64,000 nucleotides of DNA. Source: Octopus sinensis (Eukaryota). The stretch is from the NCBI RefSeq assembly GCF_006345805.1, contig NC_043006.1, positions 31,496,001-31,560,000 of the forward strand. The letters run 5' to 3'. Shown piece after piece: positions 11,638-24,672 of this stretch. Below the pieces are notes generated by a model. It was not told the origin of the DNA. It was given only the letters and a program-made list of their open reading frames with translations, and made no database searches. A program made the position numbers and the translations under genes. The first letter of the stretch is position 1; each line of letters begins with the position of its first letter.

Positions 11638-12289
11638 AAACTAAAAGGAAAAAAAATGAAACAATTAAAATGGTACACAATTAGAGGTTTGGTGACAAGG
11701 CTGAAATCGAACTTCTTACCCTGCAAATGCAATCTGTGTTTTTTTTTTTTTTTTAATGGTGTGACAAAGTAAATACATGGGGAACTTACAACCTGTAGCA
11801 AAGGAGGCTCACAAGAGGGAGAAACCGTCATCACTTGTGACAGAACTTATAATGTCTACTTATGTTAAACGGTTTGGTTTAATCGGCAGTTTAGCAGGAA
11901 TAATGATATGTAGTTCTTCCAGTAACTAGTTAGCAGCAGAGAAATCTAGCGGGAATTAAAATCTTTACGCCCTTTTGTAAATGACTTACTGGGTGGGCAA
12001 TTCAGGCATATTATTTATCCTGCATGTGTGAGCGGTTGTGTGCAATATGTATGCGTGCATTTGTTTGCATAATAAAGCAATTTAGATGCTGCTAACACAT
12101 ACTTGCCAACGCACACATACGAACTAACATCAGACGAGTGTAAAAGTTTATCAGCGAAAATGTGCTTTGAAAATACATTAATAAATTCTGAGATAAGTTT
12201 ATATAAACAGACCTTTTTATGTATATTATGAACAATATTTGTACATGTGCGGTATTATATAGTTATGTATGCATATATATGTATATATA

Positions 12290-12339
<50 letters not shown>

Positions 12340-12520
12340 ATATATATATATTATATATATATTTATATATATATATACATATATTCTATATATATATATA
12401 TATACATATATATATTTATATGTATGTATATATATATATTTATATGTATGTATATATATATATACCCACACACAAATATAAGTATGTGTGTGTGCAACTT
12501 TGTGTATGTATATGTATGTA
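12290..12520. repeat. (TA)n-rich microsatellite
   Basis: Read directly from sequence. Confidence 0.9.
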
Positions 12521-13087
12521 TGTGCATTCTCCGTAAAATTGTAACCGCTGGGAAAGGATGGTAGTGAAAGGCTCTCACTGTTTCTCTCTGTATTCTTAAT
12601 AAACATTTACTTTTCCGCTGATCAAACAGTCACCACCTCTCTTCCCCCAGCGGTTCGTTAAGGCAATCTGCTGTAGAGGAATGACAACAGACTTCGCATT
12701 CTTACCAAGTTCCTCGGCCTTGAGAAATTCAATTGGTCGAGTAGAGATCATGCCAATTTCAGCCACCCGGCTCGTAACTCCAATTACCGTTCCAGTCAAA
12801 AGACGTGACTTCGTTTCATATTATTAAGGACATTTAACAGCTCATACCTGTGAGAAGCAACTTACTTCAGAAATGTTTTATATTCCCTACTCAAAAGGCT
12901 ATTACAAGACTTACGTTTCGCATCAGTTCTTCACTAAGACTCTTTACTCTACTCATCTAAGTCGAATTACAAAATTGCTTTCCTTTAATCGGCCCAATGG
13001 AATTAGTTCGTTGGCAAAGTAAAACAAACCTCGAATTGTACATTATTTACATTTGACGGATATTTGTCCTCATCTTGTTTGTTGTTA

Positions 13088-13131
13088 ACACAACGTTTCA
13101 GCTGATATACTCTCCAGCCTTCATCAGGTGT
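13088..13131 (-). ncRNA. Minimal type-I hammerhead (PLE type)
   Basis: ACAC-CTGATGA-A-GGCTG(loop)CAGCT-GAAA-CGT-T|GTGT; palindromic stem III ACGT. Confidence 0.7.
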
Positions 13132-13252
13132 CTTGGGGAAATTTCGAACCTGGGTTCTCATTCCTAAGTTATTTTTCGATGTTGTTGTTGTTATTGTTGT
13201 TTTTGTTATTATTTAGATCACTGCTTGGAATCGAACTCAAAATTTCTCCAAG

Positions 13253-13296
13253 ACACCTGATGAAAGCTGGAGGATATAGCAGCCGAAACGTTGTGT
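13253..13296 (+). ncRNA. Minimal type-I hammerhead (PLE type)
   Basis: ACAC-CTGATGA-A-AGCTG(loop)CAGCC-GAAA-CGT-T|GTGT; one mismatch at the base of stem II. Confidence 0.65.
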
Positions 13297-13996
13297 TAAC
13301 AACAAACAAGATGCGGACAAATATCCGTCAAATGTAAATAATGTAAATAATGTACATAATTTCTCATCTCTTAAATATAGATCTGTAAAACCTCGAATTG
13401 GTTTAAAACTTATTTTATATCCACGGTTGTGATGAACTCGAGTCATCTGATGTAAAATCTGACTGGATTATGTGAGCGTAGGCAATCAATTATCTCCAGT
13501 TTTCTTTTTGTCTGGTTTTATACGGTTTGTTTGTCAAGGGATGCAAATTTATACTTTCTAAATCATTCGACATGAGCTGGAGTTGTTCAGTTTATTATTT
13601 GTATTTTGTATTTTGCCTCGTAACGCTTAATGATATAATTTTCTAAACTTGATGATGGGTCCTGCCTAAATCATTTCATCTTTGCTCTTCCTCACAGCAA
13701 AGAAATGTCTAAAAGGGCTTGTCAGTCCGCTTCATAGCTCCAGCGGACAAACTGGAAAAGGCGTTGCCCCGGAGGATAACGAGAGAGATGGACTGGAACA
13801 GACTCACTATCCACGGGTCTTGCACTTGCGGATAGCCATCCCTTCTCCGATAGTGATGTGGCCTGGGGGACGAACACCAGAGGTTTCCACTGCCACAGAT
13901 TCGCCCATAAACCTGTCAGAGAGCGACAGATACTATGTTACTTTGACGAGCAGCTGGTTATATATATATATGCTTTATCACACCAACTTTCTCACC

Positions 13997-14082
<86 letters not shown>

Positions 14083-14267
14083 TATATATGTATATATGTA
14101 TATATGTATGTATGTATGTACACAAATGCATTTTTAAAAGTGTATCGCTACAGCTTTTCTATAAAATATCTAGAGCCGTCACTGAAAGTTACATTTCGTA
14201 TTCGAATATGTGTACGTAAACAATGCGCCCAAAGATAGAAAAATAGTTAATGGTTGCATATGAATAA

Positions 14268-14433
14268 GTTGTGAGTTCAAATTCAGCCGAGGTCGCCTTT
14301 GCCTTTCATCCTTTCGTTGGGGTGGATAAATTAAGTAGCAATTACGCACTGGGGTCGATGTAGTCGATTTTATCCCTTTGTCTGTCCTACTTTGTTCCCT
14401 CTATGTTTAGCTTCTTGTGGGCAATAAAGAAAT
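14268..14433 (+). mobile_element. SINE family A (long-tail variant)
   Basis: Body plus TTTGTCTGTCC...GTGGGCAATAAAGAAATA tail. Confidence 0.8.
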
Positions 14434-14604
14434 AGAGGTACACTAATAATAGGGAACGCTAATAGGAGACACTTATAGAGGAACACCAACGTACTGCTAA
14501 CACACAAAGAATAGTACAATGTATTGACTTATAAACTTTTGATAACTTGGATGTAAGGGTTACAAAACGAAATACGGTGTTCCTATCAGTAGTTAATACA
14601 CAAA

Positions 14605-14612
14605 CACACACT

Positions 14613-14644
<32 letters not shown>

Positions 14645-14995
14645 TGTATGTATGTATGTATGTATGTATGTATGCACGGTATTCAGTTTTATTTCAAGAT
14701 TTCTTGTCAATAGAGAAATAGCCAGTTTCTAACCTAAATCCAAGACTCCTACATTGGAATTTCAACATCAACAACATGGTGCTTTTGTTTGTATGTATGT
14801 ATGTATGTAAGTATGTATGTATGTATGTATGTATGTATGTATGTATGAGAGACAGGGAGAGATTCAGAAGATGAGATGGAGAAAAAGAGAACTAGAGAGG
14901 ATAGGGGAGAAAACAGTATAAATTGGTGATGAATAAAGTACCGGCACACTTTCGATTACCTGTTGTTATCCGTAGATTATATGTGTGTATATGTA

Positions 14996-15058
<63 letters not shown>

Positions 15059-15110
15059 GTGTGTGGTGTGTGTATGTATATATGTATGTATGCATGTATG
15101 TATGTATAGT
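14605..15110. repeat. (TATG)n, (TA)n and (TG)n microsatellite cluster
   Basis: Read directly from sequence. Confidence 0.9.
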
Positions 15111-15619
15111 GCGTTTTAACTCAGTACATCTATAAGAGATTTCAACTCAGAGGAATCCCCCACCATCTTGCCTGACAAAATATATATTTGTTTGTGTGCG
15201 TGTATGTGTATGCATATATATACATACATGCATTAATCTAATGCGTACGCTGGCAATGTGTGGGTATGTAAAATTTTTTTTTTTAAATTGTGAAGGTTTG
15301 ACGACGAAAACATCTGAAAATAACTGTAAACTAACTTCAACATATAAATACGGCAACGACCATGTGTGTATATTTATGTATAAACACACACGCTCACAAT
15401 ATACACACGTCTATCTCACACATACACACATTCATATATATATACACACTCATATATCATACATTTATCTACACACCATGTGAGTATGAGTATCATGTGT
15501 GTGTGTATGTGTGTGTGTGTGTCTATATGCACGTGTGTGTATATATATGTTTGTGCCTGTGAATGTATTTATATACTTGTGTATGCAAATATACATTATA
15601 TATCATTATTAAGGATGTT

Positions 15620-15626
15620 GTTGCTG

Positions 15627-15673
<47 letters not shown>

Positions 15674-16451
15674 TGCAGCATACCAATATCTATGTTTGAC
15701 AGTGAGTACATTTTGTATACTTCTACGGTATATGCAACCATATACCGTGTTTATGTATACACATGTATATATATATATATACATACACACACACATATAT
15801 ATGTATATACACACATACGTAGACATACATATACGTATATATATGTATGTGTATATATATATATATAGATATATATACACATACATATTTATATATATGT
15901 ATATATATTTATGTATATATATATATATATACATATTCATATACATATATGTGTATATATACTTATGAGTGTGTGTTAGTGTTTATGTGTGTGTGTGTGT
16001 GTGTGTGTGTGCACATAAATACATATATGTATGAGCGTGTGTAAACAATACTGTTACTGTTTCTTAGTGAAGCTATTTGTGTTTGTGTATATGTTTGTGT
16101 TGATGGGTGAATGCATGTGCGTGTGTCATAGCAATGTAAACATTATCAGACAAACGTTGTTGCCGTCAACACTTAATGATATCTTTCCCCAGATATTTAC
16201 TTTTCATGTAAACACTGTATCTAACTATGTATATGCAGATATTTATAAAGCTATGCACAGATACATACATATTCATTTATATACATACCTAAATATACAT
16301 ATAGATATATATAAATATATATATATATGTATGTATATATATATGTGTATATATATATGTATACATATATATATACATATATATATACATATATATGTGT
16401 ATATATGTGTATATACATACATACATATGTTATTACTATCATCAACATACA

Positions 16452-16535
<84 letters not shown>

Positions 16536-16540
16536 CATGT
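15620..16540. repeat. (ATT)n tracts and degenerate (TA)/(CA) low-complexity region
   Basis: Read directly from sequence. Confidence 0.9.
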
Positions 16541-16644
16541 TTTAGTGTTATTGTTATTATTAGGTCTTAGTTTCAGTGTGATCATCGTCATTATTAGAAG
16601 GTAGGACTTCTTGAACCGTAGATCTAAGCTTCACGTTACCAGCT

Positions 16645-16910
16645 AATCAAACGACTGAAGTAAGGAAGCATATAAGCCAAAATAACTGCAAACGTATCGA
16701 AGTAGGATTAGAGAATAGTATTTCACTATATCATTGATATCGGAAAAGAAATGCTGGACGATGCGTCTCGATAATGCGCTCGACAATCCATTAACGAGTG
16801 TTTATTTTTCGATATCAACGATATTGCGTAATACTGTTCTCTAATGATATTGCGATAAGTTTGCAGTTATTTTAGTTCTTATAGTGTCACAATACTTCAA
16901 TCGTTTCTTT
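16645..16910. mobile_element. Foldback/MITE-like imperfect palindrome
   Basis: AAAATAACTGCAAAC..ATTAGAGAATAGTATT..TTGATATCG mirrors CGATATCAA..AATACTGTTCTCTAAT..GTTTGCAGTTATTTT. Confidence 0.55.
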
Positions 16911-17276
16911 CATTTTCAAGTGCAAAATACGTGACCTTTTAATCTATTCTCGCGTAAACAGTGTTTTTTTTTCTTCTTTATATCAAACATATCAAATGTA
17001 TAAATGACACGCGAGCAAGGAAATCTACTATTTATGATGGAGCTTTGGTATTAATGAACAACACAACATTTTTGTAAGTGGTAGCTACTTACGTTTCGCA
17101 TGATACTGGAAAACTATATTGAATACAAAAATATTGTTGTGTATTAATTTATTTATAATTGAAACTTCACTCCGTTGATACTATGGTCCCGTCTACATCG
17201 CAGTGAAGAATAAGAAACTAGAAGCCACGGGGTGAAACAGTCTGTTTCCAATTATTGAAAGAGTGTGTGTGTGTGT

Positions 17277-17314
<38 letters not shown>

Positions 17315-17318
17315 TGTG

Positions 17319-17373
<55 letters not shown>

Positions 17374-18199
17374 TGTGTGTTCGTGCACGCATAATGTTTC
17401 TATCCTACACCGGTAATTTTTCTACAGAAGAAACAAAACAGAACAAAAGCAGCCAAGAGAGCAAATCTCCGCCAAGGCAACACCAAAGTGCTCTCTCAAC
17501 GATTAGCCAGAGATGATTTTTAAAATGAGAATATCTGAAGTAAATTCGACTGCTCTCACAAAACGAAAATACGAAAAATGAACCCAACTGCTCTCAAAAA
17601 AAAAAGTAAAGAAACCGGAAAAATTATCCACAATCCTTGTTAGGTACCTGATCGATCCCAATGGTAGTCATGGAATGTGAAGATGGCCGTAGAAAATTTA
17701 GTAACAGTAATAAATAGTTTATCCTTATCTAATACAAGCCAAAGTTAACCAATTCACCATTCAAAATAGTTTCAAAGGCAGAGGTAATAACAATAAGTTC
17801 TACTCAGGAATTTTTAAAGGAATAGTATGAGACCATTTGGTTTTGTCTTCTCTTAAATTCCGGCCTTCCTTTAGTATTCCTGTTGTTTTAGATCGATGTA
17901 TAGATGTATGTATATATGTAAATATACTGTAAAGTTTTAATATGTATGTATAATATATATATAATAAAAATATGTTAGTGTTATTTAATTTCTGAACGGT
18001 TTTGCTGCTGTTTATTTATGTAGTTTGATTTATTTATCCATCAGCTTCTACTAAGATAGAGAGGCGAGTAAAATTAATAATAGGGAAACGGAAATAAAAC
18101 TTTGGAAACAGCATAAAGGGAGATAATTGAGAAAGACTTGAAAGTGAACGTAAAATCATAATCATGTAAAGTAAATATAATAAATAATCCAGAATCTAA

Positions 18200-18345
18200 T
18201 CAGTTTATGCCAGTCATGAGGCCATACATCCCTGAAAGTTACATCCAAATCCATCCAGCGGTTCTTGAGATATCTTGTCCATGGGCAAACAAACAAACAC
18301 GACTGAAAACAATACCTCCGCTAAGGCGGAGGTGATAAAAAGAAA
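18200..18345 (-). mobile_element. Helentron (Helitron2)-type non-autonomous end fragment
   Basis: Terminal hairpin ACCTCCGCTAAGGCGGAGGT, then (GTTT)n and AGATATCTCAAGAACCGCTGGATGGATTTGGATG on the minus strand. Confidence 0.55.
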
Positions 18346-18589
18346 ACAATGCAAAAAGAAAAATACAAAGAAAAAATAGATTGAAATAAAGCAAATAGAA
18401 TTAAATCCAGTGACTGAAAAATAATAGCAGCAAATAATGAAAGGAATCAATCAAGGCTTTGCTTATAAAGAAAATTTTTAAAAGCCAACTTATCCTGGTC
18501 CTCCTTATTTACATCGAAAGCTCCTCGACGAAATAGGGCGGCACTACTTTGTTTTGTTTTTCTGTTTATTATTATTATTCTTTATTTGA

Positions 18590-18778
18590 GGCGGCGAGCT
18601 AGAGGCATCGTTAGCATTGTCAAGATGATTAGTGGTATTTCGCCCGTGTTTACGTTCTGACTTCAAATTCCGCTGAGGTCGACTTTTGCCTTTCATCCTT
18701 TCAGAATCAATAAAATAAGTACCAGTTGAGTACTGGGGTCGATATCATCGACTATCCTGCTTCCTCGAAATTGCATGT
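18590..18778 (+). mobile_element. SINE family A
   Basis: GAGGCGGCGAGCT head, TTCAAATTCCGCTGAGGTCGAC body. Confidence 0.8.
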
Positions 18779-19240
18779 AAACACACGGTACACACAACGC
18801 CATCAATGGATATATCAATAAAATTCTACTGAAACAGCTGTCGGAAATTTTAAACGCCATTTGTGTTATCTCTCTCTCTCTCTCTCTCCCTCCTCTCTCT
18901 CTCTCCCTCCTCTCTCTCTCTCCCTCCTCTCTCTCTCTCCCTCCTCTCTCTCTCTCTCTTTCTTTGAGCTGTGTTTAATAGGTTAAATCATATACTTAAT
19001 ATCTATATACATAAGTTTTTCATAGCTACACAAATTTACACCAGTAAATTCAAAAGTAAAGTATGAAGAAACAACGTTAGAAATCTTTGGAAATTACTCC
19101 AATAAAAGGACGAACTCGCATTCAACCTTTTAAAAATATATACATATAAATGAATATATATATATATATATATATATACATACATACCATATATGTATAT
19201 ATAATATATATATAATACATACATAACCATATATATATAG

Positions 19241-19290
<50 letters not shown>

Positions 19291-19397
19291 ATATATATAC
19301 AAATTGAGATAGGGGTGGTTTAATAAAGTATGTGATTGAGTATTATCGGGTAATTGATATTTGATTTAGATGTATTTCTCCATTTTCTTATCTTGTG

Positions 19398-19446
<49 letters not shown>

Positions 19447-20038
19447 CATATTCATGTATATATTTATATATAGTATATATATATATAGACATGCACTATA
19501 ACATATGTATATAACTATAAATGTGCATTTATAAGTAAACATATGTGTACACACACACACACAAACACACACACACATTCTTCGATTTTCTTTTGTTATT
19601 GCCTATAAATTAGAACTGTGTTTTCCATTGCTATTTTGGCAAAATAAAGAAACGCTTATCGTATTCTTTGCAGAGCTCTTCTTATTGTTTTGTATTTTCG
19701 CCATACACCTAAACGCCGCTGCATGTGTCGAGCAGATGTGCACTGTTTTGGTTTTGTCGCTGTTTTATCGTATCATGAATGCTGTCAGTAATGTCTGTGC
19801 AGTGCATATAATAGCATTTGTTTTTATTATTAACAAGGAACTTAACTTTTAGAGGATTATTTCTATTTTCTATTACCACAATCAGGACTGGTTTCTTTTG
19901 TTGATTTCATATCTGCGTATTTTGCGTGTATAGTAAACCTTTAGCTTTTCTTTTCCGTAAATATTGTCGCGCACAGAAGATGATCATTGATTAGGAAACA
20001 TTTTTTTCCTATAAATGCCTTACTATTTGGACGATGTA

Positions 20039-20435
20039 AGGCAGCGAGCAGGCAGATACGCTAGCACAGAGGCCGAAAGGCTTAGCTGTATTTCATCTGC
20101 CGTTACGTTCTGACTTCAAATTCCGCCGAGGTCGACTTTGCCTTTCATCCTTTCGGGGTCGATAAATTAAGCACCAATTACGCACTGGGGTCTATAAATC
20201 GACTTAATCCGTTTGTCTGTCCTTGTTTGTCCCCTCTGTGTTTAGGTCCTTGTGGGTAGTAAAGAAATAGGTATTTCGTCTGCCGCTACGTTCTGAGTTC
20301 AAATTCCGCCGAGGCCAACTTTGTCTTTCATCCTCTCGGGGTCCATAACTTAAGTACCAGTTGTGTACTGGGGTCGAACTAATCGAGTGGCCCTTCCCCA
20401 AAAATTTCGCGCCTTGTGCCTAGAGTAGAAAAGAA
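20039..20435 (+). mobile_element. SINE family A tandem pair (full long-tail copy plus 5'-truncated short-tail copy)
   Basis: Two successive bodies; the second starts GGTATTTCGTC directly after AAAGAAATA. Confidence 0.85.
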
Positions 20436-20518
20436 TATCTGAAAGATATACCTTCATCTTCTTCCCTATATAAAGTAACAAAATAAAAAGTAGAGCAACA
20501 TAGGATGTGTGGTGATAC

Positions 20519-20764
20519 CAATGTTTCTCAACCATTCTCTTACCTATGGATCCCCTCTGATTTCCATTTTACTCGGATGGAACCTCACAGCCATTCGATG
20601 TTTAAAAATTCATATATCTTCACAATGAAATATTATTAGGAATTGTATAAAAATATTGTTAAAAAGATTGTGTGTATAGTGGAAGCAGAACCAAATTATT
20701 GTACATACAGCAAACTCTTACATGGACCCTCAGGGATCATATGGGCTCCGGTTGTGAAACACTG
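20519..20764 (+). mobile_element. hAT-type MITE
   Basis: 15-bp TIRs CAATGTTTCTCAACC / GGTTGTGAAACACTG; related to 34459-34682 and 23225-23485. Confidence 0.7.
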
Positions 20765-20909
20765 TTTATACCATTCTCCTTCCATGCGCATTCCAGAAAA
20801 CTGAAAGAGTTTACAGTGTACAAAAACCAGCAACACTGCCGTGTCTGATTGTATGACTGCACTCTAACGACTGAAACATGTAAAAAAAAAAGATATATAT
20901 GTATGTATG

Positions 20910-20964
<55 letters not shown>

Positions 20965-21384
20965 GTAGGTAGGTAGGTAAGTAGGTAGGTAGGTAGGTAG
21001 GTAGGTAGGTAGGTATGTAGTTAGGTAGGTACGTAGGTAGGTAAGTTGGTAGGTATGTATGTATTTATGTATATGTATGTACGTATACGTATAAATGTAC
21101 ATACGTATTTGTATATATATATATATGCGTGTGTGAATGTGTATATATGTGTATGTATGTATGTATGTATATACATTTATGAATTAGGGGCGCATGGCTT
21201 GACTTCCTATAGCCCAAAGTCCCAGATGAACCTACATCACGGCAAGATACTCAAAAAAGAGGGCAGTAATATTGACCTACTTCCTTCACCGTCAATCACA
21301 AAAGAATGGCCATTGAAAAGGTAATAATACTGGTGGGGTCCTCGGCATGCCCACAGCCTTTGGGCTGAAACGCATAAAAGCAAA

Positions 21385-21720
21385 TATGGAGTGTCTCAAA
21401 ACATGTATACACACATTGATTAATTATAAATTAATGTTTATTAAGATACATTTCATGTTCAAAATTTAATTGAGTCGACAAACAAAATTTTATTTCCCTT
21501 TGTAAGCCGTTGTTCACACTAATGACCATCCTGTCGAGCCATTGCTGATAACTTGAAGCAGTGGAATCATAAACAGCAAGAAATATTTCGTTCAGAAATT
21601 GTGTGCATTTTCTTTCTATTCCTTTCCTCAATTCGCCGACTGTTGCCGGTTGCATACTGTAAACTTTATCTTCTAAGCATCCGGTGCCACTGCAAGTGCC
21701 AAAGACCCTAATATTCGACT
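21385..21720 (-). mobile_element. Tc1/mariner transposase C-terminal remnant
   Basis: LEDKVYSMQPATVGELRKGIERKCTQFLNEIFLAVYDSTASSYQQWLD resembles the LKDKVY..KP.T..EL...I C-terminus. Confidence 0.65.
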
Positions 21721-22279
21721 CTATCCATTCTATCGTTGTATATAATCGAGCTTTACAGCGACTGGGCAGAAATGACTGATCATTCGTCCCCAGTTTTTTT
21801 CTTTACAGTATTTCAAAATTTCCGTTTTGCGTTTGTCTCTTATACAAACCAGACAAACCTTGTCTGGTTTGTTCTTTACTAAAACTCTTGCTTCGGTGTA
21901 CTTAGTTCCCAGTTTGCACGATATGGTACCACCAACAGCAATATCAAAAGGACCAACTCCCCACTCCATGATATATCTCAGCCTCGCTCTCCTGCATCAA
22001 GAAATAAGGCACACACATGTGCAGATACGTGCCGAGATACCACTCCCACCATCTGCTCAGACTTCACTGGGACGTCATGAGATGTGCTAGAGGTGAAAAT
22101 CCTGCCGCAGGAGGTCGTTCACGTGGGAGGGAAAATATGTAAACAAGGCCGATCTTAGCAGAAAGCTTGTAGGTTTGAAGTGGAAGCAGAGGAGATTTAT
22201 TTAACCAACCACACACCCACACCACCATTGCTAACCCTACCAATATCAACATCACAATAACAATAAAATCTTCATCAAT

Positions 22280-24190
22280 TTTGACTTGGTGGTGGCAGTG
22301 CGGGGAGGTTCTAATGTCAGAATGGCCAAACGCTTTTTCAGGGGCTTTATAAAGAACACTTGTCAAAACCGGATTCCGCGTCGTTCGAAAGGAGGTGTGA
22401 GAGGTAAACAACTTTTCTTGCCTCCATTTTTTCTGAATAACACGCCCTTAACAAGGACAAAAAATATAAGTGTATGTGGCACGGGGCTACCTTGATAACA
22501 TGGTAACCTTATGAACGACCACAGCTCTCTTGATATAGATGTGATAGCCAACAGCATGGGTGCTTGTAGCAAGCACTGACGCCATGTTCGCCGACAATGA
22601 GGAGTAGATTTCTCTTAGATGACCTGGGATGGAAGGGAGTTTGCATTTGTAATTTAGGAAGGTTTGAATCTGGTGATATGAACGATCTTTAGAATTTGTG
22701 TAGTAAGTGTTATTGATGCTGGACCTGAGTGCTGCGAAGATGGTGCCTCGAAACTACTGGCTGTATAGTCTCCGACAAAGAAGCCAGATATTTTAGGCGT
22801 CCAGAAGCTGTCTTGAGAATGTTACGAACTTTAATGTTAGTATGGGGTGGGCAGGGATGGCATTTTAGAATCACGATAGGATTGTGTGAAACTAGTCGAG
22901 AGGATGAGGGGTGGGCTGTTTAAGCCTCCCAAACCTGCTTAAACAACAGTTTCAATTGCCTGAGGGTTACTCACTGAATTTCCTGAATGTTCCAATGTGG
23001 AAATGGAGCTACCACATCAGATCATCCAGATCGTATCAAGACAGGATATTTGTTGGGTCAGCTGAGGAGAATTGGATGGGGTACCTATAATTTCAACTGA
23101 TCGACTACACAGTTCATAAATTTGTGGCTTGCATGGTCGGCCAAGATAGGGTTCGTAAGTAAGGATTCAGCAACACGGTTGATCTTGGTGCATAAAGCTC
23201 ACAGGGATCAGATTAATGAGTTAACTAGGGGCCGGTGGGTAAAGAGGTTATTGACCGGGGTACATAGAACCCTTAGGGATCCATATAAAATTTTGATGTT
23301 AAAGTTAATGTGCAATAACTTAGCTATACTTCTACAATACACAAAATATTTTTAACACCATTCCTAATAACATTTAATGATATAAATACAATAGGATTTT
23401 AAAAGATTATCGAATGGCTATGAGGATCCATCCCTGAAAAATAGGAACCAAGGGGTCCATAGGCAAAAAAGAGTTGAAAACCTCAGATATAAACCGTCAA
23501 CAAGGAGAAGAATGTTCAGACGGGATTTTTAGAATGAAGTGGATAAGTTTTAGCAAAGAAGCGTCGGAAAAATACTAATTTGGAAGAGAACCAGGTGAGA
23601 AAATTAGAAGAAGCGATTAGAAAAGGCATAACGAGCGACGTACCTGTGATAATAATGGTATATAAACATTTCTCTAACGCAAATCACGAAAGCTGGGTTG
23701 TCAGAGCAATACATACTCTGATCCACGAATAAAGGAAAGATGTTCTATAAACTCAGCTCGTAGAGGTGCGACGTGGAAATAAATTTGGTCTTTGATCGAT
23801 TGGGTCGGGTGTTAAGTATTTGGGTATGTAGCTCCATAACAGGAGAGTTGCGAGGTCGGTGAACCGCTGAGCAGTGCTGCTGCTGCGAAAATACAGGAAC
23901 AAAATGGATGTAATCGATACTTTTCCGGTCCATATTTGCGGAGTTTTGAACAAGGCATTAGAAAAGATGTTAACATTTGTCGTTCGTAGTTTGGTCGGGA
24001 AAATGCAATCAAGAGGAATCCCAAGCAGATCTATTCGAGACAAGTTCCACGACATGAGATACATTATGGAGAGGAGGAGGTTAATAAATCTGGGTTCAGG
24101 AGAAGCTTGGTAATTTGGACTAATCGAAAGCTTTTGATGGGAGGGTTGGCCATCGCTAGTCCCATTTTAAGAGGCTAGATAGTTAGGATA
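22280..24190 (-). mobile_element. Degenerate Penelope-like element ORF remnant (interrupted by a MITE)
   Basis: Broken minus frames resemble the PLE N-terminus (GTCLE..GFL..) and the post-RT linker (NPIVILKCHP..TNIKVRNIL..PVVS; SSKRNLL..ACYKHPC). Many stops; assignment by eye. Confidence 0.45.
23225..23485 (-). mobile_element. hAT-type MITE (same family as 20519)
   Basis: GGGGTCCATAGG..GAGTTGAAAACC end and an internal match to the reverse complement of 20519-20764. Confidence 0.6.
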
Positions 24191-24234
24191 AAGTCAGCGC
24201 TCCCAAGAACAAATATAGTGATCTGCCAGCCATC

Positions 24235-24360
24235 CGAACCATTTCTGTTTACCCAGTTTCATTCACAAGGCTTTAGTCGAACTAAGGTGCCATGTAGTGG
24301 GATCCAACACGGAACCATATGATTCCGAAGTGAACCTCTTGCTCAGACAGTCATCTCTGT
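24235..24360 (-). mobile_element. SINE family B, degenerate 5' part
   Basis: CACAAGGCTTTAGTCGAAC..GTAGTGGGATCCAACACGGAACCAT. Confidence 0.55.
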
Positions 24361-24467
24361 TGTGACTTTGGACCAATGTGAGAAAACACCATTATTATTA
24401 GTTTCGTTTTTGTTTTGTTTTTTTGGCTTTTATTTTTCGTTTTTGTAATTGTTATTAATAGCATTAT

Positions 24468-24672
24468 TAAGGTGGTGAGCTGGCGGAATGAATAGCACGC
24501 CGGGGGAAATGCTTAGCGGAATTTCGCCTGTCTTCTGAATTCAAATTCCGCGTTTTTGTGGATTTCACTGGATTTTGCGTTTTTATCCTTTCGATGTCGA
24601 TGAAATAAGTACCAGGTGAGTACTGGGGTCGATTTAATCGACTTCTCCACTCCTCAAAATTGCTGGCCTTTT
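24468..24672 (+). mobile_element. SINE family A
   Basis: AAGGTGGTGAGCTGGCGGAAT head through TTGCTGGCCTT tail; a further decayed copy lies at about 24865-25030. Confidence 0.8.

Larger units (their letters stand above)
13035..13390. mobile_element. Hammerhead-bearing SINE family D: 5'-truncated minus copy fused to an inverted copy of its 3' end
   Basis: 13035-13145 is the reverse complement of 13240-13357. Body matches 32120-32380. Confidence 0.8.

Noticed and set aside
15147-16604. Many ORFs of 60-180 aa rich in Y/I/C/V/H (also near 12219, 25369, 43422, 47050, 56262, 60065 and elsewhere)
   Set aside because: These are translations of (TA)n, (CA)n, (TATG)n and trinucleotide repeats, not genes.
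21431-21969. Initially read as Penelope RT motifs
   Set aside because: Adding the upstream codons (LEDKVYSMQPATVGEL) fits a Tc1/mariner C-terminus better. The adjacent 21730-21969 ORF has no motif I can support.
22363-22572. QGSPV and KAFG peptides resembling LINE RT motifs
   Set aside because: They occur in the wrong order for an RT domain.
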